This document shows positions 27,750 to 35,722 of a stretch of DNA of 36,302 nt, in pieces; positions within the stretch are counted from its first letter, which is position 1, and each line of letters begins with the position of its first letter. A program made the translations under genes and the position numbers. Source of the stretch: a virus (lineage: Duplodnaviria > Caudoviricetes); the IMG/VR virus record IMGVR_UViG_3300022179_000884, positions 1 through 36,302 of that record; one strand, written 5' to 3'. Under the pieces are notes generated by a model that saw nothing but the letters and a program-made list of their open reading frames with translations, was not told the DNA's origin and did no database searches.

Positions 27750-28654
27750 TGACTCGGTCAATTCAAGAAATCTTAGATGAGCAACGAAATCTCAGCCGGA
27801 TTCACAAAAAAAGTGAACACGCAATTACGGCCACAATTCAGGCACATGAAAGATCACGAGATCCAGAATGGATCCGAAAGATCACTGAACTAAATCGTGC
27901 AAGGGCACAAGATCCTGAAGCACTGGCACGACATCGTGCTACAATGCAAAGCGATGAGTATAAACAAGCACATCGTGCTGGAACTTCAACTGAAGAATAT
28001 CGGGCATTGAAAAGCCAGGAATCACAACAGCGTTGGCAAGATCCTGCATATCGCGAACTGCAAAGTGAACGCCTAAATGATCCAGAAGTAAAAGCAAAGC
28101 AACGAGCCGCGGCACAAAAACGAGAACTCAATCCAGACTATCAACGCCGTAAACGAGAGTGGGCGGCAAAATGGAAAGATGATCCTGAACGAAGTGCTAA
28201 AATTAGTCAGGCTCGTCGTGCGTATTTTGAAGCACATCCTGAAGCAAGACAAGAACTCAGCAACAGAGCACAGCAATGCCATGCTCAACGCACCCAGGAA
28301 GATTATGCACGAATTCATGCTAAACGCCGAGAAGATGGCACTTGGTTAGAAGCAGTGACTCAAGCCGCAAAGAAAAGACGACAGCCATTGCTTACTCCTG
28401 ATGGTGTGTTTGACAGCAAAAAACAAGCACACTTGCATTATGGATTTGATCCTGCAATGGTAGACTATAATCGCAGAAAGAAGCCATTGGAATGGTTTTT
28501 TATCAGTGTAGAAGACTATGAAAAATGTCTTGCTGATTCTGATTATCAGAATCAATTGCGTAAACTTAGACTGGCAGGCCAGTATGAAGAAGTTGTAAGA
28601 ATCCAATTGACTCAAGAACAAAAAGATGCAAGAAAGAAACCTAAAAACCGTTGA
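27749..28654 (+). CDS. Helical repeat protein resembling the DNA-binding (NUMOD-like) part of homing endonucleases, no nuclease motif seen
   Basis: Repeated W.DP.YR/DPE..AKIS units, C-terminal TPDGVFDSKKQA...YG, TAATG coupling to the ATPase. Confidence 0.6.
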   Translation: MTRSIQEILDEQRNLSRIHKKSEHAITATIQAHERSRDPEWIRKITELNRARAQDPEALARHRATMQSDEYKQAHRAGTSTEEYRALKSQESQQRWQDPAYRELQSERLNDPEVKAKQRAAAQKRELNPDYQRRKREWAAKWKDDPERSAKISQARRAYFEAHPEARQELSNRAQQCHAQRTQEDYARIHAKRREDGTWLEAVTQAAKKRRQPLLTPDGVFDSKKQAHLHYGFDPAMVDYNRRKKPLEWFFISVEDYEKCLADSDYQNQLRKLRLAGQYEEVVRIQLTQEQKDARKKPKNR

Positions 28655-28679
28655 CCTGTCTCGGGTCGCCAGTTATAAT
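28651..28679 (+). promoter_or_regulatory. sigma70-type early promoter
   Basis: TTGACC-17nt-TATAAT. Confidence 0.8.
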
Positions 28680-28711
28680 ACCAACATGATCAACACACAG
28701 GAAACTGCATA

Positions 28712-28828
28712 ATGTTAGACCTCATAGCCATCTTTTTCTTACCCATAGCCATTGTCATGGTGCCCGTGTTTGTGATAGCGTTTTTGACTATCCTGGGCAT
28801 CCGGGTTCTAAATAAAATCTTTGGATAA
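28712..28828 (+). CDS. 38-aa single-pass membrane peptide (MLDLIAIFFLPIAIVMVPVFVIAFLTILGIRVLNKIFG); not in the ORF track
   Basis: Translated by hand. AGGA RBS, directly downstream of the promoter, uninterrupted hydrophobic stretch with a basic C-terminus. Confidence 0.65.
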   Translation: MLDLIAIFFLPIAIVMVPVFVIAFLTILGIRVLNKIFG

Positions 28829-28832
28829 CACG

Positions 28833-29198
28833 ATGAAACTTTACTTTAGTATTATCGCCGCTTTAGTATTAGGCACAGCACAAGCCCAAACTGTGCCTGT
28901 TACCCAAGGCACACAGGATCGCATCACGCGAGATCAATACATTGTGCTAGATCTAAATCCTGGACTCACAGCACAGACTTGGTTTTACTTTGATAGTCGC
29001 CACTCCGATAATAGGCTTGCAAGCCTTGTGGAAGTAGAATGTGCCACAGGCAGTTATAGAGTGCTACACAACCGAGAATATCGTAGTGGCCAATTAGCAC
29101 ATGACACTGGCCTGGATGCCCAAGCACCGTGGCAAGCCAGCCAACCTGGCAGCGTTACACAAAGGTTTCGCACAATTTGCCCCCAAACTCCAACTTGA
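28833..29198 (+). CDS. Secreted/periplasmic protein with Sec signal peptide
   Basis: MKLYFSIIAALVLGTAQA signal with an AQA cleavage site, two Cys, CTAAATA at 28808-28814 upstream. Confidence 0.75.
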   Translation: MKLYFSIIAALVLGTAQAQTVPVTQGTQDRITRDQYIVLDLNPGLTAQTWFYFDSRHSDNRLASLVEVECATGSYRVLHNREYRSGQLAHDTGLDAQAPWQASQPGSVTQRFRTICPQTPT

Positions 29199-29217
29199 AT
29201 TTTATCAAGTCTACCCC

Positions 29218-29247
29218 AAGCAGGACCTTAGTGCCTGCTTTTCTTTT
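29218..29247 (+). terminator. Intrinsic terminator closing the early block
   Basis: AAGCAGG-9nt-CCTGCTT followed by TTCTTTT. Confidence 0.75.
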
Positions 29248-29249
29248 GG

Positions 29250-29256
29250 CTAAATA
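29250..29256 (+). promoter_or_regulatory. Late promoter core CTAAATA
   Basis: Immediately after the terminator and before the nozzle gene RBS. Confidence 0.75.
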
Positions 29257-29280
29257 TTACACTAACTAAGGATCCTGGAG

Positions 29281-32200
29281 ATGCCACAACCAAAAAAAGC
29301 CTTCGAAGAAGCAAGAATTCCATTTACTAAAATGACCTTTAGTCCTGATGTGCCCAGCACACAACTAGGACCCAATGAATACAATGCTGGTGTCAATGTT
29401 GAATCAGATGTGCGAGGCATTCGTAGTGTCAACGGTGATGAAATTATCCTGGACTCAGTGCCAGGCACGCCCACATTTGTGTCGGGTGGATTCCGCCAGC
29501 CTATCCCAGGCTCTGACAATGACTTTTGGTTTGTTGTGGCCAACACTGAAGGTGAATGGTGGGCCAACAATGGTGAAGGCGATTGGCTAGAAATCACCAA
29601 TGGTGCAGGTCCTTTTACAACCTACAATCAAGCAACCAACATCACAGAAGCATGGTCAGGAACTGTGCCTTTCTACAATGACGAGGCCAATCCTCCACAG
29701 TTTTGGCCAGAGTTTACGGGTGTAGGATTTCCTATCAGCACGATCTCCGGCAACGGCACAACTGTAACAGCCACCTTTACCAACCAAGCAGATGAAATCA
29801 CAGGCGTTACCATTGCTGACCATGAAGGGCGTTTTGTCTATACCAATGGTGCACCTTTGAAGGCTGGTCAGCGTCTGACCATATCTGGCACCAATACCAA
29901 CACCACAGATCAAACTATTCCAGATGTTGCTGTGGCTGGCTTGTTGGGTCAATTTACATGCGACAGTTTCACAGCGCCAGCAGAATTTACAGCCAGCATT
30001 GCAGGCACTACAATGACAGTGACTTCAGTGGCTTCTGGCAACATTTTAGAAAACATGGACTTAGACGGCACTGGTCTAAGTGCCAACACACGCATCATAG
30101 GTCAGTTGACTGGCACAACATTTGGTGTGGGCACCTATACCATTACGCCCAGCCAAACAGTGGCTTCTACCGCTATCACAGGTGTTAGACCCACAGGCAT
30201 GGCGGTAGGTCAAACTGTTACAGTTTCCGGCACAGTCGCAACCAGCAACCAAACACTCAGCAATGTGGCTATCACTAGTCTTGCTGGCAACTTCTCTTGC
30301 AACTCTGCAACACTCAGTAATGGTGCAAAGGTTGCTGTTTCAGGCACCATTACCAATACTCCACAGACACTATCCAGCGTAAGCATCAATTCTACCACAG
30401 GTGACTTTTCATGTGCGGCTGCTACACTCAGTGCAGGTCAGCGTGTGACAGTGGCCGGCACAGTTACCAACACACCCACTGTGTTATCAAGTGTGGCTGC
30501 TGTTGGCAACACAGGACAGTTTGAATGCTCAGCCACATCATTGCAGGTAGGACAAGTTGTCAAAGTAGAAGGCGTTGCGCCTACTGCACCTATTGTGTTG
30601 ACAGGTGTTGCCATCACAGGTGTTGGTGGCCAATTCAGTTGCACAACATCAACATTGTATGTGGGTCAGATTATAACAATATCAGGCACATTCGGCGGCA
30701 CTGGTAGCATCACAGGTTACTCAAATCCTACAACTTACAAGATTTCCGCAACCAATGGCACCACAACCTTTACCCTGGTCAACACTGATGGTTCAGCCAT
30801 TGTGACCACAGCAGGCACGCCAACAGGACTTACCTATACTATTGATCCATTCTTGATTGCAGGCTATCAGAATCCTACATCATACAAGATCTCTGCCACC
30901 AACGGCTCAACAACATTCACCTTGGTAAACCTAACTGGTTCACCTTTGGTCACTGCTGGCGGTAGTGCCACACCATTGACCTTTACTGTGCAGGTGCCAG
31001 AGATCAATGCTTATACCAATCCTACAGAGTATGTGATCAGCACAACCAACGGATCAACAACATTTACGCTGACTAAAACGGACGGCACAGCAATTGGCAC
31101 ACAAGGCGGCATACCCACAGGCCTAACCTTTACTGTGCAGATTCCCAGCATCACAGGCTACACCAATCCTACCAACTACATTATCAGGACAACCAATGGC
31201 ACGACCACATTCCAACTCTATACCATTGCCATAGTAGATGGACAAGAAGTCCTGGGCTCGCCCATTGTTACCACAGGTGGTGCTGTTACTGGTCTGACCT
31301 TTGTGGTCAATGCCGCCAGCATCGCAGGTTATTCTAACCCTACCAACTACTACATTTCAGAAACCAACGGCTCTACTTCATTCACCTTGGTAGACGGAAA
31401 CGGCGATCCTGTAGCATCAACTGGTGGACCCATTACTGGACTACAATTTGTAGTGCAAGCGCCAGAGATTGTGGGCTATTCAAATCCCTCAACCTACTAC
31501 ATCGTGGCCACCAACGGCACCAACCAATTCCAACTAAGCACTACCTATGGTGGTAGTCCAATCACAACTAATGGTGGCTCACCAGCAGGTCTAGTCTATA
31601 CCTACACACCTTTTGCTGTGGGACAAGAGATCATTGTAAGAGCAACTGTGCCAGTGGCCTATCGTGGCACTTACACAGTTTCAGCAGTGACAGCATCCAG
31701 CGTAAGTTGGCTCAGTAACGCACAAGGCACCATGCTTGTAGCAGGTGGTGTCAGTGACACTATGCCTCGGATGGTCATGTATAGCAATACCTTGCCAGCC
31801 ACAATATATGAAATTGTCTACGAGTCGCCCACTGAACAAAAGATTATTCTAAGTGCTACACAAACAGCCGCACCTTACTCGGCCGGTGACTACATTATCA
31901 TTTCAGGTATCAACACATTCTACAACGGTGTGTTCCGTGTGGTGTCTAGCACCACTGATGAAATCATCTATGAAGCCGCACCATTGGCCAACTTCCCCAG
32001 CACACTACAAGGTGTTGGCACAGTGAGCCCCAAGTATGCTTGGAACTATAATCCACTGTGGAAATCAGTTTATGCCAAATGGATGCGTATCTACAACACA
32101 CCCAATGTGGGCTCAATCTTGGTAGCAGGTAATCTAACTGCCACCGACCTAGACAATACTGTGTTTGAATATCCAACTACTGTGCAATGGTCACAGGCCT

Positions 32201-33780
32201 TTGGACTAAACCAAGCACCACTAACATGGGAACCTACAGTGACCAATGTGGCCAACCAATTAGACATGCCCTTGCGTGGTGGTGGCTTAGATGCTTTCCC
32301 TTGCAATGGTCAATTGTTTATTTGTTCATACTGGGACACAGTGGTGTTGAGTCCCATCAACTATTCAACAACATCAGCACCTATCCTGGGTGTTAGACAG
32401 TTCAACCAAGGTCGTGGTATCCTAAGTTCAAACTGCTGGACCAATGCCGACAAGGTTGTGTATGGTGTTGACGCTAGAGACATCTGGGTGTTTGATGGCA
32501 ACGACTTCCAGGGTATTGCCAACCAGCGTGTGAAGAACTGGTTCTATAATCAGATTGATCAGAACTATGTTGATCGCATCTTTATGGACACCAACACAGC
32601 CAAGAACCAAATTGAAATCTATTATCCAACACAGCCGCCTGTGATTGAAAGTATCGCAATCACAGACACGCAAGGCACATTTACCTGCAATGTATTGACC
32701 ACAGTAGGCGGACCTTTGCGATTGGGCTTGCAAGTTCAACTGTCAGGCACTGAAACAGGCTCTGGCAGCATCTCAGGTTATAATCCTGCAGGCTCTACCT
32801 ATTATGTGATTCAGACCAATGGTCGTGACACATTCCAACTTGCTACAACGCCCACAGGCTCGCCTATCACAACTACGCCGGGTTCTGTAACTGGTGTAGA
32901 ATTCCGATTCATCAGTGATGGTATTCCTAACATGATGTTGAGTTATCGTTATGACCTGGACTGCTGGAATGCACCTAGAGAAGTGCAGAGTGCTACCTTT
33001 GCTTGTGAAGCACCTTTCTGGTCAACTCAGCAATGGTATTATGGTGTGAGTGGAACTACACTAACAGGCTCAGGCACAGGCGCTAGATTCAATATACAAA
33101 ATCAGATTGTCAGATATGGTGGATTCCCTACACCCAATGTGCGTGGCACAGGCTATGCAGTAGGCGATACCATACGCATTCTAGGCACAGCCATAGGCGG
33201 CCAAACTCCAGCCAATGATGCTGTCATAACTGTCACAGCAGTAGATGGTCCCGGACGCATCGTGTCATTCACAGCCACTGGAACACCTCTACAGACCTGG
33301 TATTATGATCCTGGTCGTAGAACCATCGTTTATGCCCGTGGCCTGTTAGATCGCAACCTGGTGCAAAAAGATGATGGCTACAACTTCCTGGGACCACAAA
33401 CTGAAGAATATCCCATCCGCAGTCAGTTCCGCAGAGACAACATTAGAATATTACCAGACTATTCAGGCAAACTTCTAGTGCATCGTATCCTACCCGAAGT
33501 CAATAACCTAAACAAGTATAACTTGCCAATTGACCCCACACAAGAAGAAAATAGAATAGGCACAGTAGACATTCGAGTTGAAGGTGCTAACTCTGTGGGT
33601 CAACCGCCTGTAGAAACCACAGCATTGTCTATCAGCACTGACACTGACTATCCTTGGGTGCAGATGAATCAAAATGCACACCGTGTGAACTCAATTGAAA
33701 TCAGTCATTCCAGCACAGACAACATTTGGATCTGTGCAGCCACAACTTGGCAATTTACACAAACAGAGGACGACAGATAA
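29281..33780 (+). CDS. Tail nozzle / packaged-DNA-stabilisation-like protein with many inserted beta domains
   Basis: Propeller-like core segments (VQWSQAF, DIWVFDG....IANQRVKNWFY, YRYDLDCW) interrupted by Thr/Gly-rich inserts, 1499 aa. Confidence 0.7.
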   Translation: MPQPKKAFEEARIPFTKMTFSPDVPSTQLGPNEYNAGVNVESDVRGIRSVNGDEIILDSVPGTPTFVSGGFRQPIPGSDNDFWFVVANTEGEWWANNGEGDWLEITNGAGPFTTYNQATNITEAWSGTVPFYNDEANPPQFWPEFTGVGFPISTISGNGTTVTATFTNQADEITGVTIADHEGRFVYTNGAPLKAGQRLTISGTNTNTTDQTIPDVAVAGLLGQFTCDSFTAPAEFTASIAGTTMTVTSVASGNILENMDLDGTGLSANTRIIGQLTGTTFGVGTYTITPSQTVASTAITGVRPTGMAVGQTVTVSGTVATSNQTLSNVAITSLAGNFSCNSATLSNGAKVAVSGTITNTPQTLSSVSINSTTGDFSCAAATLSAGQRVTVAGTVTNTPTVLSSVAAVGNTGQFECSATSLQVGQVVKVEGVAPTAPIVLTGVAITGVGGQFSCTTSTLYVGQIITISGTFGGTGSITGYSNPTTYKISATNGTTTFTLVNTDGSAIVTTAGTPTGLTYTIDPFLIAGYQNPTSYKISATNGSTTFTLVNLTGSPLVTAGGSATPLTFTVQVPEINAYTNPTEYVISTTNGSTTFTLTKTDGTAIGTQGGIPTGLTFTVQIPSITGYTNPTNYIIRTTNGTTTFQLYTIAIVDGQEVLGSPIVTTGGAVTGLTFVVNAASIAGYSNPTNYYISETNGSTSFTLVDGNGDPVASTGGPITGLQFVVQAPEIVGYSNPSTYYIVATNGTNQFQLSTTYGGSPITTNGGSPAGLVYTYTPFAVGQEIIVRATVPVAYRGTYTVSAVTASSVSWLSNAQGTMLVAGGVSDTMPRMVMYSNTLPATIYEIVYESPTEQKIILSATQTAAPYSAGDYIIISGINTFYNGVFRVVSSTTDEIIYEAAPLANFPSTLQGVGTVSPKYAWNYNPLWKSVYAKWMRIYNTPNVGSILVAGNLTATDLDNTVFEYPTTVQWSQAFGLNQAPLTWEPTVTNVANQLDMPLRGGGLDAFPCNGQLFICSYWDTVVLSPINYSTTSAPILGVRQFNQGRGILSSNCWTNADKVVYGVDARDIWVFDGNDFQGIANQRVKNWFYNQIDQNYVDRIFMDTNTAKNQIEIYYPTQPPVIESIAITDTQGTFTCNVLTTVGGPLRLGLQVQLSGTETGSGSISGYNPAGSTYYVIQTNGRDTFQLATTPTGSPITTTPGSVTGVEFRFISDGIPNMMLSYRYDLDCWNAPREVQSATFACEAPFWSTQQWYYGVSGTTLTGSGTGARFNIQNQIVRYGGFPTPNVRGTGYAVGDTIRILGTAIGGQTPANDAVITVTAVDGPGRIVSFTATGTPLQTWYYDPGRRTIVYARGLLDRNLVQKDDGYNFLGPQTEEYPIRSQFRRDNIRILPDYSGKLLVHRILPEVNNLNKYNLPIDPTQEENRIGTVDIRVEGANSVGQPPVETTALSISTDTDYPWVQMNQNAHRVNSIEISHSSTDNIWICAATTWQFTQTEDDR

Positions 33781-34685
33781 TGGCAACATTTCCAGTCAAC
33801 ACTGACGATCCAGAAGGCCTAGTAGATGCAGTAAACTACTTGCTGAGTGGTCCAGCAGGCCTAGGACAGAACTTTGCAGGTTTTAGTGCTTACACTCCTG
33901 CCTGGCTTACTGGCAACTTTCGTTTGCCCTACAGCGTAAACACTCCAGCAGACCTTTATGTGCCGCCTATCTACCTACAAAAAAGTGAAATGCTAGACGG
34001 CTATACTTGGAAATACACATTCATAGATGAACAACCAGCACCACCATTTCAAGTAGGTAACAACATCTTTGTGGGTGGTGTAGAAAACAGTTTCTACGAT
34101 GGCACCTACATTCCAATTGGTGTTATAGACTGCACCACTACCTATGTTATTGCTAGAACACAAAGCCAATATACAGTAGTGCCACCCAGCCCTGGTGGCT
34201 TTGTTGTGCTAGAAGCATTTAGAGATGATTACATTTCCACAGATTGTAACAGTCGTGTAGTAGTCAATTCGGCTACTGATCGAGTATTCATCAGTGCTCA
34301 AGTTGATGCTATAATCAGTTATCGGATTATGGAATCAGTGCCTTCAGATACTCTAACAGTAGAAGTAGCCGTAGACCGTTACATTGGTGGTTTGGACACA
34401 GATACAGTGACAGGAAACAGTGACTATAGATTCAGTCTTGATAAAACCGTTGCTGCCAAAACTTATACATACACAAGACTAGCCTCAGGCACAGGCACAC
34501 TACCATTACAAGAAACTGTGTTTGCCACAGTATTGGATCAGCCTGCACCTGGTTACTATTGGTATATTTTGGAAATGAAATTTTCATGGACCAATGGTAA
34601 CAGTTTGTTATTCAGCGAACGCAGTCAAATTGAATCAGTAAAAACACTATTGCGTTGTATGACCACACAGGTTGTCAAACAGTAA
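33780..34685 (+). CDS. Putative tail-associated structural protein
   Basis: TAATG coupling to the nozzle gene, contains a PF.VG..I.V.GV....YDGTY beta module like those in the nozzle. Confidence 0.65.
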   Translation: MATFPVNTDDPEGLVDAVNYLLSGPAGLGQNFAGFSAYTPAWLTGNFRLPYSVNTPADLYVPPIYLQKSEMLDGYTWKYTFIDEQPAPPFQVGNNIFVGGVENSFYDGTYIPIGVIDCTTTYVIARTQSQYTVVPPSPGGFVVLEAFRDDYISTDCNSRVVVNSATDRVFISAQVDAIISYRIMESVPSDTLTVEVAVDRYIGGLDTDTVTGNSDYRFSLDKTVAAKTYTYTRLASGTGTLPLQETVFATVLDQPAPGYYWYILEMKFSWTNGNSLLFSERSQIESVKTLLRCMTTQVVKQ

Positions 34686-34705
34686 TGCACAGCAAAGGAA
34701 CAGCA

Positions 34706-35722
34706 ATGAACTCACAAGTATGGACAATAGATCAGGTGTTTGCACCTGCGCTACTCACAGCAGTAGCAGATTTAGTAGAATCGGCACCACTGAAATATGG
34801 TTGGGCCAGCAACAAGAAGATGGGCTACACGCACTGGAATCATGACTTTGCTCATGCTGGGTCTGACAATGGACTAGACTGCACACAGGCTTTGCCACAG
34901 ACTCTGCAGGTGGCCTGGGAGTATCTGCAACAAGAATACTTAGGCCCACAAACCCTGTTGCGTTGCTACACAAATGCACACACCTATGGCATTGAAGGCA
35001 ATCCGCACACAGACAGCAGTCGTGATTGTGACTACACTTTGGTCATTTACATGAATCCAGAGTGGCGCAGAGAATGGGGCGGCGAGACCTTTGTATATGA
35101 AGGCAATCAAATTAGACACGCCGAACTACCAGCCTACAATCATGGCCTAGTGTTTCCAGGTGCTGCCTGGCATTGTGCTAGAAGCCTAACTAGAATCTGC
35201 CCTGAATTGCGTAGAACACTTATGTTCAAATTTGCCACACCTAATGCTGACCCACAGCGTGATCGCATACAGTTATTTTTGCAAATGCTGGGTGCCAATC
35301 GTGTAAAGCATTCTGGACGCAACCTACAACGACACTTGCTCAGCACTTATGATCTGCTGAAATACACACTAAAACAAGACTCTGTAACTGCTGGTGCTGG
35401 TGCATTACACAGCATCTTTGGCACCAATGTGTTCAAGACTAAAACACTAGAAAAAAATCAGCGACCCGCAGTGGCAGCAGTCATAGGCGAAGAAGCCACA
35501 GAATTAGTAGAACTGTTTAGAGATTGTGAACGCCCCAGCACTTTAGAAAAGGCTTTGGCCACAGGCACTCCAACATTGAAAATGCGTGATGGATCCACAA
35601 GGACCGTTACGGAGAGCCAACTAAATAGTTTATGCGCCATTGAAGTGGCCAATCTGCGTGACCAGGACGGTTTAGGTCGTTGGCCGCATCTAAGCCAATT
35701 CCACAAAACAAGGACCCGATAA
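34706..35722 (+). CDS. 2OG-Fe(II) oxygenase fused to a C-terminal HD-like (DUF6817-like) domain
   Basis: HTD...WGGET...H...R facial-triad and 2OG motifs, then HSGRNL..HL..TY.LL...AG.LHSIFGT..F, AAAGGA RBS. Confidence 0.8.
   Translation: MNSQVWTIDQVFAPALLTAVADLVESAPLKYGWASNKKMGYTHWNHDFAHAGSDNGLDCTQALPQTLQVAWEYLQQEYLGPQTLLRCYTNAHTYGIEGNPHTDSSRDCDYTLVIYMNPEWRREWGGETFVYEGNQIRHAELPAYNHGLVFPGAAWHCARSLTRICPELRRTLMFKFATPNADPQRDRIQLFLQMLGANRVKHSGRNLQRHLLSTYDLLKYTLKQDSVTAGAGALHSIFGTNVFKTKTLEKNQRPAVAAVIGEEATELVELFRDCERPSTLEKALATGTPTLKMRDGSTRTVTESQLNSLCAIEVANLRDQDGLGRWPHLSQFHKTRTR

Noticed and set aside
27749-28654. Active homing endonuclease / mobile element
   Set aside because: No GIY-YIG, HNH or LAGLIDADG motif visible
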